Part shown: in pieces, positions 20,562 to 30,219 of the stretch | How positions within the stretch are numbered: the stretch's first letter is position 1 | Layout of the letters: each line of letters starts with the position of its first letter | NCBI GenBank assembly: GCA_963674595.2 | Contig: CAXXFV010000016.1 | Span: 64,001 to 128,000, forward strand | Reading direction: 5' to 3' | Length of the DNA stretch: 64,000 nucleotides | DNA from: a bacterium | GTDB taxonomy: Bacteria > Zhuqueibacterota > Zhuqueibacteria > Residuimicrobiales > Krinioviventaceae | Translations under genes and position numbers: made by a program | The notes under the pieces: generated by a model | Told to the model about the DNA's origin: nothing | What the model saw: only the letters and a program-made list of their open reading frames with translations | Databases searched by the model: none

Positions 20562-21584
20562 ATGTGTCAAAAATTGTTTGTTATCGGTTTGTCTTTATTG
20601 TTGTTATCCTGTCAAAAACAGTCAGGAAATTCCAATCAAGCTACATTAACTCTGGGTGCTTATACAGTGCCAAAAGAAGCTTATCAGCAAAAAATTATAC
20701 CGGCCTTTCAAAAATATTGGTTTGCAAAAACAGGCCAACAAGTAAAATTTCAGGAATCCTATATTGCTTCCGGTGCCCAATCACGGGCCATTGTTGCCGG
20801 GTTTGAGGCTGATGTTGCCGCTCTTTCTCTTGAAAAGGATATTGCACGTCTGCAGGACGTTGGGCTTGTTACGCACAATTGGAAAAACAATGCCTGTAAA
20901 GGTTTTGTAACCCGGTCCATTGTGGTTATGGCTGTTAGAAAAGGGAATCCTTTAAATATCAAAACCTGGCAGGATGTGACGAATAAAGGTATCCAGGTTC
21001 TTTACCCGAATCCAAAGACGTCCGGCGGCGCCATGTGGGATATTAACGCGATTTACGGGGCCGGTTTAAAATACAGTGAAATACGCGGTGGAAAACCAAA
21101 TGAAGAGGAAGCGGCACTTTTATTAAAAAAAATTCAAAAGAATGTAAAAGTTATGGACAAGTCGGGTCGTGCTTCTGTTACAACTTTTGAGAACGGAATC
21201 GGCGATGTTTTAGTGACCTATGAAAATGAGGTATTGGCACGGATTAAACAGGGCAAAGAAATGGATATAATTATTCCTGATGCCACCGTCCTTATTGAAA
21301 ATCCGATTGCTGTTGTTGATCAAAATGTTGAAAAACATAAAAACAGAGCTGTTGCCGAGGCTTTTGTAGAGTTTTCAGTTACCGAAGAATCGCAGCGTGC
21401 TTTTTCGGAATTTGGATTTCGGTCTGTGCTCGATCAGATCGCCCGGGAATTTTCCGATTCTTATCCGGAACCGGCGCTGCTTTTTGATATCGAATATTTA
21501 GGCGGATGGAATAGTGTTCATAAAAACATTTACGGGCCAGATGGCGTTTGGACGTTGATAATAAAAGAATTAGCTGATGAATAA
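20562..21584 (+). CDS. sbp: Sulfate ABC transporter substrate-binding lipoprotein
   Basis: Lipobox LLSC; SGAQSRA, ADVAAL, PNPKTSGGA.W, GDVLVTYENE, GGW. Confidence 0.92.
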   Translation: MCQKLFVIGLSLLLLSCQKQSGNSNQATLTLGAYTVPKEAYQQKIIPAFQKYWFAKTGQQVKFQESYIASGAQSRAIVAGFEADVAALSLEKDIARLQDVGLVTHNWKNNACKGFVTRSIVVMAVRKGNPLNIKTWQDVTNKGIQVLYPNPKTSGGAMWDINAIYGAGLKYSEIRGGKPNEEEAALLLKKIQKNVKVMDKSGRASVTTFENGIGDVLVTYENEVLARIKQGKEMDIIIPDATVLIENPIAVVDQNVEKHKNRAVAEAFVEFSVTEESQRAFSEFGFRSVLDQIAREFSDSYPEPALLFDIEYLGGWNSVHKNIYGPDGVWTLIIKELADE

Positions 21585-22413
21585 AAAGAAAACACAAAGC
21601 AGGATATTTGACCGGCAAAATCCCACCTTACGGGTAATGATGTTTGCATATATCGGATTACTGGTTATCCTTCCGGTTTGTGCTATTATTGCTGAGGCAT
21701 TTAACGGAGGTTGGAAATCGTTATTAACCGGCACGTTCAATACCCAGGCGATATATTCACTAAAATTGACATTTATCGTTGCGGTTATTATGGTTATTAT
21801 TAATAGTATTATGGGAACAGCCACGGCCTGGGTACTGGTTCGTTATAATTTCCCTTTTAAAAATTTGCTGAACGCACTCATCGATTTGCCCTTTGCTATT
21901 CCCACAGTTGTAACGGGTATTATGCTTGTCACCCTGTACGGACCATACAGTTTTGTCGGTAAATTTTTAGGTAACAGCGGAATTGAAATTATTTACGCAA
22001 AACCGGGAATTGTTCTGGCATTGTTATATGTATCTTTTCCTTTTGTTGTCCGTGCTGTTCAGCCCGTTCTACAGGAAATGGACCTGGATATGGAGGAAGC
22101 CGCAAAAACACTCGGCGCCAGGTCATTTACAATATTTTTTAAAATAGTAATACCAACATTGCTGCCGGCAATATTAACCGGTGCGGCATTGTCATTTAGC
22201 CGTGCTATTGGGGAATTTGGATCTATTGCTATTGTATCCGGTAATATTCCTTTTAAAACCCAGGTTGCTTCTGTTTTTATCTATGGAGAGCTTGAAAGTT
22301 ACAATCCTCAGGGTGCGTTGGGAATTTCTATCATTTTGTTGGGGTGTTCGTTTGGCGTCCTTGTTTTATTAAATTTTCTGCAAAGATGGAGTAGGCGTCA
22401 TGAAAATATTTAA
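21577..22413 (+). CDS. cysT: Sulfate ABC transporter permease CysT/CysU
   Basis: WVLVRYNFP, DLPFAIPTVVTG, PFVVRAVQPVL, EEAAKTLGA, FSRAIGEFG. Confidence 0.92.
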   Translation: MNKKKTQSRIFDRQNPTLRVMMFAYIGLLVILPVCAIIAEAFNGGWKSLLTGTFNTQAIYSLKLTFIVAVIMVIINSIMGTATAWVLVRYNFPFKNLLNALIDLPFAIPTVVTGIMLVTLYGPYSFVGKFLGNSGIEIIYAKPGIVLALLYVSFPFVVRAVQPVLQEMDLDMEEAAKTLGARSFTIFFKIVIPTLLPAILTGAALSFSRAIGEFGSIAIVSGNIPFKTQVASVFIYGELESYNPQGALGISIILLGCSFGVLVLLNFLQRWSRRHENI

Positions 22414-23224
22414 GCCTGTTCGATTCAACGTTGAATGGGGAAAAGTTACACTTGTTACTTTTGTTATAGGATGGTTTCTTTTTCTTATATTATTTCCATT
22501 GTATGGCATATTTTCACAGGTTGTTCAGGCCGGTCTGAGTTCATTTATTACTTCATTTACTTCTTTAGAGTTTCAGCACGCCTTTGGATTGACATTTTTT
22601 ATCACCATCCTCGCTGTTTTATTTAATCTTGTTTTTGGAATTATCATCGCCCTGGTTCTTGCGAAGCAAAAGTTTTTTGGTAAAGTAATGTTTGAAGGAT
22701 TGCTCGATTTACCCTTTGCTGTTTCGCCGGTAGTAGCGGGTTTTATGTTTATTTTGCTTTTTGGACCAAACGGCTGGATCGGTAACTGGTTTGAAATGCA
22801 GGGGATTAAAATTGTTTATGCATTTCCGGGGATGGTATTGGCGACTTTGTTTGTAACCCTGCCTTTTGTTGCCAGGGAAGTGATACCTGTTCTTAAGGAA
22901 TTTGGTTTACAGCAGGAAGAGGCGGCTTATGTTTTAGGGGCTTCCAAATGGCAGACTTTTTTTAAAGTGACTTTACCGTCCATAAAATGGGGCCTCGTTT
23001 ATGGCGTTACGTTGACGGTCGCGCGGTCAATCGGTGAGTTTGGGGCGGTTCTTGTTGTAAGCGGCAGTATCATTAATAAAACGCAAACAGCAACATTACA
23101 TATTCACCAGGAATTTACGGATTATAATTATATAGGCGCTTTTTCTGCGGCTATCCTGCTGGCTGTCATTTCCTTTTTAATTTTAACAATTACGCAAAAA
23201 ATTTATCAACAAAAAAGAGTGTAA
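22400..23224 (+). CDS. cysW: Sulfate ABC transporter permease CysW
   Basis: DLPFAVSPVVAG, FVTLPFVAREVIP, QEEAA..LGA, ARSIGEFGAVLVVSG. Confidence 0.92.
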   Translation: MKIFKPVRFNVEWGKVTLVTFVIGWFLFLILFPLYGIFSQVVQAGLSSFITSFTSLEFQHAFGLTFFITILAVLFNLVFGIIIALVLAKQKFFGKVMFEGLLDLPFAVSPVVAGFMFILLFGPNGWIGNWFEMQGIKIVYAFPGMVLATLFVTLPFVAREVIPVLKEFGLQQEEAAYVLGASKWQTFFKVTLPSIKWGLVYGVTLTVARSIGEFGAVLVVSGSIINKTQTATLHIHQEFTDYNYIGAFSAAILLAVISFLILTITQKIYQQKRV

Positions 23225-23229
23225 TATAA

Positions 23230-24322
23230 ATGGGAATATCTGTTCAAAATATTTCAAAAAGATATGGCGATTTTTTCGCTGTGAATGATGTGAGTTTCGA
23301 TATTAACAAGGGCGAATTGGTGGCCATTACTCGGGCCGAGTGGTTCGGGAAAAAGTACGATTTTGCGAATTATCGCCGGTTTGGAAATCCCGGACAGTGG
23401 TCAGGTTTCATTATCCGGTATGGATGTTACCAATATTTCGACGCAAAAAAGAGACATTGGGTTTGTTTTTCAACATTATGCCCTTTTTAAACACATGACT
23501 GTTGAAAAAAATATTGCCTTTGGATTGGAAATTCGAAAGAAAAATAAACAGTTTATTCAACAAAAAGTGTTAGAGTTGATTGATCTGGTTAAATTGTCGG
23601 GATATGAAAAACACTTTCCGGATCAGCTTTCAGGCGGACAACGTCAGAGGGTGGCTTTGGCCCGTGCTTTGGCGGCTGAACCTCAGGTTTTGCTTTTGGA
23701 TGAACCTTTTGGCGCCCTGGATGCCAAAGTACGTGATAACCTGGCACAATGGATTTGCGAGTTTCATGACCAGCAGCAAATTACCAGTGTTTTTGTCACC
23801 CATGACCAAAATGAAGCCATTGAAATTGCCGACAAGATCATTGTCATAAATCGTGGCAAGGTTGAACAAATAGGAACAGCTCGGGAGGTTTATGAAAACC
23901 CGAAAAGCAAGTTTGTGGCCAGTTTTATCGGGCAGGTTAATGTGATTGATGCTGTTGTAAAAAATGACAAAATATTTTTAAAAAATTCCGATCAGATGAT
24001 TGACGCGGACCGGCAGCATCCTGATGGAGATGCGGTGTTGCTGGTGCGGCCTGAAGATGTTAAAGTGCATACAGAGTTTCAGGAAAATACATTTCCGGCA
24101 CTTTTGGAAAAAATACATTACCGGGGGAGTCACTATGAAATTGACTGCAACATGTCCGGATATTCCATCAAAATCGTTGAAAATAAAAAAGATGGTTTTG
24201 TTGAGCTAATGGAAAATAAAACGATAGTGTATTTAAAATTTGCTGATTTTCGTTTGTTTTCTGCCGGTAAGGGCCATAAAGATATTCGTGAAAAACTGCA
24301 AAAATTAGGTTATATCGAATAA
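23230..24322 (+). CDS. cysA: Sulfate ABC transporter ATP-binding subunit, interrupted by a +1 frameshift at ~23325 (probable sequencing error)
   Basis: MGISVQNISK...GELVA (track ORF 23230) joins LLGPSGSGKSTILRIIAGLE (frame of ORF 23363) if one base of gtggccatta is removed; GFVFQHYALF, LSGGQRQRVALARAL, LDEPFGALDAKVR. Confidence 0.9.
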
Positions 24323-24340
24323 ACAATAAACGGAGGATAT

Positions 24341-24988
24341 ATGAAAAAACATTTTTTCTTTTTTTATCTTTTTATTATACCATGTTTTCTGTACGCTTTT
24401 GAAGATAATGATGCTCAATACTGGCCGAGAATAACCCTGGAAAGTAAAATCAATAAAAGATGGAAAGCATCTATGGACCAGGAATTCAGAATTGGTGCTG
24501 ATATGTCTGATCTTTATTTTCATCGATCCGATTTTGGACTTGTCTTTAAAGCATCTGATCGGGTGAACATAGGTTTCTATTACTGGCACAGTTATAAACA
24601 AAAGGGAGAAACATGGCTGATGGAAAAAAGGCCGCATGTTGACGCGACTTTAAAAATTCCGGCTTTATGTAAAAGTAGAATGCAATTCAGGGCCCGTCTG
24701 GAAGATAGAAATGAGCAAAACAAGGATATATTTTGGGTTTTTCGAAACCGACTTTTAATTGAGTCTCAACAAATGTTTTTTAATAATTTACGTCCATATA
24801 TTGCAGACGAATTATTTTTTAACATAACTGAGAGTGAATTTAACCGTAATCGCATTTATGCCGGATTTAAAGTTAAATGTCCGTCTCCTTTCCAGTTTGA
24901 TTTATATTATATGCTGCAAACGGATAAAGATGTAAACCACTGGAAACGTACACATGTCCTGGGGACCAAGCTAAAAATTAGCTATTAA
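24341..24988 (+). CDS. Outer-membrane beta-barrel protein, DUF2490-like
   Basis: Signal peptide; E.R, RARLE.R, FRNRL, PYIADELFF, FNRNRIYAG, YYMLQ; terminal aromatic strand LKISY. Confidence 0.75.
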   Translation: MKKHFFFFYLFIIPCFLYAFEDNDAQYWPRITLESKINKRWKASMDQEFRIGADMSDLYFHRSDFGLVFKASDRVNIGFYYWHSYKQKGETWLMEKRPHVDATLKIPALCKSRMQFRARLEDRNEQNKDIFWVFRNRLLIESQQMFFNNLRPYIADELFFNITESEFNRNRIYAGFKVKCPSPFQFDLYYMLQTDKDVNHWKRTHVLGTKLKISY

Positions 24989-25150
24989 AACTAATTTTGA
25001 ATTTTAATCCGTATTGTTTACTCTATTGAGCCTGGCGTGGGAATTTCTTTTAATTAAAGGAAAATCTCATGGATTATTGCTCCTGATGTGGTAAAATCAA
25101 TACTTTTTGCAAGTAAATTATTTAATATTAATTATTTTGTATGTTTTTTG

Positions 25151-25178
25151 TTGACATTGTGCAAAAAAATGTTACATT
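25151..25178 (+). promoter_or_regulatory. Putative sigma70 promoter for the DUF11/PorV-like pair
   Basis: TTGACA-N16-TACATT with extended -10 TGn. Confidence 0.55.
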
Positions 25179-25264
25179 GTATATTTACAATTTGTGCAAG
25201 CCTGCTTTTTTCATTTCTTAAATTCTTAAAATTTAGCCTAAAATAATTGTGCTTGGGATGCCTT

Positions 25265-28200
25265 ATGATGTCTCTTTATTTTTTACGCGTGAAAAATATC
25301 CGGTTATTTCTGTTTATTGCTATTTTTCTTGGTCTTTTTAAAAGTGCTGATGCACAAATTTTAGTGGCCGATCAGACCATTAAACAAAAAGTGTGGATCC
25401 GTGCAGATCTTACTGATGATTATCTGTTTAGAGTCATCGGGGAAGTTGATATTCAGGTTCCCGGTCATTATAGAATAATTGCCAATACCTTTTATAATAG
25501 TGGTGATGAGCAGCATAACGAATCTTATTATATGCTGGTTTTTGCACCGGATGGTTCCGTTGTAACACCTGTTGACTCAAATGCCGGACCTTATAAAGTG
25601 GTGCCTGATGACCCGGGGCCGAAACACGGTGCAAAGAGGGACGCCGGTTTGTTTTATCTGGAGAGGGGCGTTAATCGTATTGAAGTCCACCATTATTTTA
25701 AAATTTATAAGGAATATCCTCAATTTGTTAATATAGCCATGGGTGGCTCGGAAAGCGTTCGTATTGATGATGTCCGTATTAAATATGAACCTATTGTAGA
25801 TGGTGCAGTAGAACTATCATCTGATATTACGACAAAAAAAACAATAGGTGACAAAGAGTATGAACTTGTCGGACCGAACGAAACCTTTCAATACCAAATT
25901 CAGGTACAAAACCTGGAACGAGATATTTTGTTCACACCCAAGTTAACAAGCTATTTACCCGAATACATTTCTGTTGATAATTTTTCAATTCAACCTGATT
26001 CAATCCTGGACAAAAAACTTGTCTGGAATTTACCCGATTTTGAATCCATGCAGTCATTGACGATAAACTTTGATGCTACGGTGGATGAAGACATTCCATT
26101 GGGATATGCTCCCTTTATTCTTCATGCCGACCTGGCCGTTTTTAATGATAAAGATTTAACCAATAATTATGACGATCTATTAACAATTGCTTATAAAGCC
26201 CATCCGATACCGGCCCCGCCATTGGCAGATATTTCTTTTAGAATTAATGCGGTTACCGATTCCATGGATGTTAGCGGTACCGACACCCTCAAGTATGTGC
26301 GAAGAGGAGAAAATATTGAATATCAATTGGATGTTTATAATGCCGGACCGGACACGGCTAAAAGTGTGGATATCCGCAATTTGCTTCCCCCGTTTTTAAC
26401 TGTGGAGTCCTGGTCAATACAGCCGCTGTTTGTCAACCAAAGGTTTGCCAAATGGCAAATTGGTACGCTTGCACCCAACCAGACTTTTAGTATTACCCTG
26501 ACCGCAAGACTGGACGATACTTTAAATGTTCATCTTTACCCACTTTTTGACCTGGGCACGGCTTTTGCGGAAAATGATACGTTATTATACAACAACTTTG
26601 ATTCGGATATTGTTTATGCTATCATAGATGAACCTGAATTGCAATATGATTTGCAGTTAACGGAAGAGGCCCTTTCCAATATTTCAATTTCTGTTGATAA
26701 CCAGGTTTTCCCAGCCGTGCTTGCGGGCAATGCTTTTAATTGTCAAATAAATGTGGTAAATGCCGGACCGGATAACGCTGATAATGTTAAAGTTTGGCAT
26801 GATATACCCGATTCCGTAACGTTGGATGGTTTTAATATTGAGCCAAGTTATCAATTTCGTAATGTTATTTACTGGACTTTTGACCAGTTGCTCAACGGTG
26901 AATCCGTTACTTTGACGTTTAATGCAACCGCATCGGATTCGTTCCCAAATTTTCCGTACCCGTTAACAGGACGCTCAGGGGTTTATGCTGCTAATGAACA
27001 GGATTATTCAAATAATATTGACTCGTCCCGTGTTTATGCCGTTTCAGAAATACCTGTTGATACGACAAAATATGTTGATATGGGTTTAACGCAAACAATC
27101 GGTGCTGACTCTGTCATTATATCCGGTCAGGATACAACCTATTTTGCACACCCTGGCGAAGAATATCCTGTTACTTTGACCGTCAAAAACGACAGCCTGG
27201 CAGATGCGGAACATGTTGAATTATTAATGGTTGTACCAAATGGTATTACTGTTCAGCAGTATTCGCAGGAACCGACACGGGTATCCGGTGATTCTGTTTT
27301 CTGGAACTGGGCAATACTGGGTGGACAGTCGGTAACGCAAATTATTTATAATGTTAAAGTAAATGACGATGCCGCAACAATGATGCGTTCTTTTGACCAT
27401 TTTGCCGTCATTTCTGCTGCAAATGAGGATACAACAAAAATTGATAATAACACGGTTTTGGACCAGGTACAGGTTTATATCGTTCCTCCAAAATATGATC
27501 TGGTTTTTGACCATCAGGTAGATGCAGATACCTCCATTATCGTCAATGAACAGGACTTTCCTGCTGTTGTAGTGGGGAACAGTTTTAACGGCACATTAAC
27601 AATCAACAATGCCGGACCGGACAGCGCCTCTGATGTAAACATTTGGTATGTTCCGCCTGACTCTGTTGTAATTAATGGGTTTAATATTGAACCTGACGTT
27701 CAAAGTGGTGATACCCTGTTTTGGCAATTTAACAGTTTGGCAAAGGATAGTGTCATCCAGATTACTTTTCTGGCAAATGTTGCAGATTCGCTGCCGGATT
27801 ATCCGTTCCCGCTTTTAGGAACAGGTGGTGTCGTTTCTCCCAATGAAAATAATCCGGGAAACAATGCCGACTCTGCTTTAGTATATGCGATTGCCAAACC
27901 GATCCTAGAGAAATTTGTGGATTTACGATTGTATCAATATGTTGGTGTCGATTCGGTTATTGTCGCTGAAAATGACACATTGTATTATGCCCTTCCTGAT
28001 GAGGAATATGATGTCAAGGTCACTGTGTGGAATGACAGTTTAAATACAGCGAAAAATGTACAATTGCTGGCGGTTATACCAGCCGGCATCAATGCAGGTT
28101 CTTTCGTGCCGGAGCCGGCGAGTGTGTCCCGCGATTCCGTATTTTGGTCATGGGAAAACCTGAATGGACAGGAATTTATACAAATCAGTTATCATGTTAA

Positions 28201-30217
28201 AGTCAATGCCGATACCGGATTGACAATGCGTTCCTTTGATCATATTGCAACTGTTACGGCGGATAATGAAAAGACCACTGATTTGGAAAATAATACTTCA
28301 ATAAAACAGGTCCATATCTATCGTATACCGGATGAATTTGTTGATTTACGTTTGTATCAGTCCATTGGTGTTGATTCTGTGATTGTCGCTGAAAGGGATA
28401 CGCTCTATTTTGCCCATCCGGGTGAAGAGTATAATGTCATTGTTTCTGTTTTTAATGACAGTGACTATACGGCCCGGGATGCAAGTTTGATTGTTATTGT
28501 ACCGCGAATTCTCAGTTTTAGTGATTTTTCTCCCGAACCGACACAGGTTTCCGGCGATTCCGTGTTGTGGTCCTGGGAGAGCCTGGCCGCCAATTCAAAC
28601 GTCAGCGTTGCCTATCATGTAAAAGTCAAAACAGATCCGGATTTGATGATGCGTTCATACAATCATAAAGCTGTTGTTTCGGCCGCTAATGAGGATCCGG
28701 AAAAACTGGACAATAATTCCGATGAAAAACAGGTCCAGCTTTATTTCGTGCCTGTCGTATTTGATTTAAGTTTTAATCAAACAGTCACAGCAGATACAAC
28801 GATTACCATTGATAATAAAGAATACCCTGCTGTTCTTCAGGGAGATATATATGAAATTGAATTGAATACCGTCAATTCAGGTCCGGATTCTTCGCACGAT
28901 GTTGTTGTTTGGTATATAAAACCGGATTCTGTGACATTGTTTGGTTTTAATATTGAGCCGAATTCTCAAAACGGTGATACATTATTCTGGAATTTTCCGG
29001 TTATTGGTCCCGGTCAAGCCGTTGATATTTCATTTCAACTTGATGTAAGTGATTCTCTTGCCTATTACCCCTATCCGTTACTGAATACCGGTGGTGTTGT
29101 TGCTCCCGGCGAAACAAATCAGGATAATAACACGGATTCCAAACTTGTTTATGTGATAGAAAAACAAATTGAACCCGTCCATGAGTTTGTAGATTTGATT
29201 TTGATACAAACTATATACACGGATTCAATGGTTGTTGATGGTTCTGATACGACATATTTTGCCGGTCCGGACGATACTTATGATCTGCGATTATGTGTTA
29301 AAAATGACAGTACAATTGCCGCAGACAATGTTCAACTGGTTACGCTGGTCCCGGATGGTGTGACAATACTCGATTCGAATCCATCACCATATCGAACAAA
29401 CCAGGATTCAGTTTTTTGGACATGGGAACAGATTGATGGAAATTCAACAGAATGTGTGGAATTTTCCGTAAAAACAGACAATGATTTCCCGGTGGGAACA
29501 AGTTCTGTTTTGCATATTACATCCCTGTCTGGTGACAATGAAGACCCGGATAAAATGTCAAACAACACACAGCAGGAACGGGTTTATATATATGTTCCGC
29601 CGCCGCAGCCTGTTGAACCCTATATCAGAGTGACGCCGACTGTTATAGATATTGATGACAGTTTGGCCGTTGAGATCAAGGTGTCTGATAAAGTTGCAAG
29701 TTATGATATTTGGGCATATTTGCCGGATGGCAGCATTGATACAACCTTTGCTGACGTTTACATTCAGCAGAACAGCACGCTGTCTGTTGAAATATGGACA
29801 ATGATTCAGCCGTTCTATAAACAACCCTATATGTTAACAAAGCTACATGAAGAACAAGTTGTTTTTGAATTACGTGTTGTTGACGAATACGGGCGCAGCA
29901 GTAAAGCCCAGGCTACTGCTGTTATTCGCAGTTTAAATTATCTTGTGTTGGACCGAAATGTTTATGAAGCTGAATATATTGAGCCGTTGGGTATTCGTTT
30001 CAAGCTAAGTTCGAAACGTGTTGCCAGTTTGGATATTTATGATATTAACGGACGACATGTTGAAAATTTAGCCAATGAGGTTTTTAACGGTGGATGGAAT
30101 ATGTATTATTGGGATGGCCGTAAAAAAGACGGTTCCAGGGTAGGAAGTGGTGTTTATTTAGTGACCCTTCGTTCGGGTGAGTATAATTCGTGGAAAAAGT
30201 TTATTCTGGTGAGATAA
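25265..30217 (+). CDS. Giant secreted surface protein: about 9 DUF11-like Ig repeats + C-terminal FlgD-Ig/T9SS-like sorting domain
   Basis: Signal peptide ending ADA-Q; repeats with D(L/M)..., NAGPD/NDS, W...L and terminal NN; C-terminus LDIYDINGRHV...WDG....G..VGSGVYLVTL...KKFILVR. Confidence 0.8.
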   Translation: MMSLYFLRVKNIRLFLFIAIFLGLFKSADAQILVADQTIKQKVWIRADLTDDYLFRVIGEVDIQVPGHYRIIANTFYNSGDEQHNESYYMLVFAPDGSVVTPVDSNAGPYKVVPDDPGPKHGAKRDAGLFYLERGVNRIEVHHYFKIYKEYPQFVNIAMGGSESVRIDDVRIKYEPIVDGAVELSSDITTKKTIGDKEYELVGPNETFQYQIQVQNLERDILFTPKLTSYLPEYISVDNFSIQPDSILDKKLVWNLPDFESMQSLTINFDATVDEDIPLGYAPFILHADLAVFNDKDLTNNYDDLLTIAYKAHPIPAPPLADISFRINAVTDSMDVSGTDTLKYVRRGENIEYQLDVYNAGPDTAKSVDIRNLLPPFLTVESWSIQPLFVNQRFAKWQIGTLAPNQTFSITLTARLDDTLNVHLYPLFDLGTAFAENDTLLYNNFDSDIVYAIIDEPELQYDLQLTEEALSNISISVDNQVFPAVLAGNAFNCQINVVNAGPDNADNVKVWHDIPDSVTLDGFNIEPSYQFRNVIYWTFDQLLNGESVTLTFNATASDSFPNFPYPLTGRSGVYAANEQDYSNNIDSSRVYAVSEIPVDTTKYVDMGLTQTIGADSVIISGQDTTYFAHPGEEYPVTLTVKNDSLADAEHVELLMVVPNGITVQQYSQEPTRVSGDSVFWNWAILGGQSVTQIIYNVKVNDDAATMMRSFDHFAVISAANEDTTKIDNNTVLDQVQVYIVPPKYDLVFDHQVDADTSIIVNEQDFPAVVVGNSFNGTLTINNAGPDSASDVNIWYVPPDSVVINGFNIEPDVQSGDTLFWQFNSLAKDSVIQITFLANVADSLPDYPFPLLGTGGVVSPNENNPGNNADSALVYAIAKPILEKFVDLRLYQYVGVDSVIVAENDTLYYALPDEEYDVKVTVWNDSLNTAKNVQLLAVIPAGINAGSFVPEPASVSRDSVFWSWENLNGQEFIQISYHVKVNADTGLTMRSFDHIATVTADNEKTTDLENNTSIKQVHIYRIPDEFVDLRLYQSIGVDSVIVAERDTLYFAHPGEEYNVIVSVFNDSDYTARDASLIVIVPRILSFSDFSPEPTQVSGDSVLWSWESLAANSNVSVAYHVKVKTDPDLMMRSYNHKAVVSAANEDPEKLDNNSDEKQVQLYFVPVVFDLSFNQTVTADTTITIDNKEYPAVLQGDIYEIELNTVNSGPDSSHDVVVWYIKPDSVTLFGFNIEPNSQNGDTLFWNFPVIGPGQAVDISFQLDVSDSLAYYPYPLLNTGGVVAPGETNQDNNTDSKLVYVIEKQIEPVHEFVDLILIQTIYTDSMVVDGSDTTYFAGPDDTYDLRLCVKNDSTIAADNVQLVTLVPDGVTILDSNPSPYRTNQDSVFWTWEQIDGNSTECVEFSVKTDNDFPVGTSSVLHITSLSGDNEDPDKMSNNTQQERVYIYVPPPQPVEPYIRVTPTVIDIDDSLAVEIKVSDKVASYDIWAYLPDGSIDTTFADVYIQQNSTLSVEIWTMIQPFYKQPYMLTKLHEEQVVFELRVVDEYGRSSKAQATAVIRSLNYLVLDRNVYEAEYIEPLGIRFKLSSKRVASLDIYDINGRHVENLANEVFNGGWNMYYWDGRKKDGSRVGSGVYLVTLRSGEYNSWKKFILVR
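25796..29595 (+). repeat. Intragenic tandem ~420-bp domain repeats of two alternating subtypes
   Basis: Type A (YDL..AD..I.V..FPAV..G, NAGPD, GFNIEP, YP.PL) at ~26642, 27490, 28760. Type B (FVDL.L.Q.IG.DSV, PGEEY, NDS, DSV.W.W, MRS..H) at ~27071, 27914, 28337, 29186. Two divergent units at ~25796 and ~26225. Boundaries are approximate. Confidence 0.8.
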
Positions 30218-30219
30218 TC

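Noticed and set aside
23315-23345. Programmed ribosomal frameshift in cysA
   Set aside because: No slippery sequence or stimulatory structure, and I know of no precedent in CysA.
25796-29595. CRISPR array or mobile repeat
   Set aside because: Repeats are ~420-bp degenerate in-frame protein domains, not short identical repeats with spacers.
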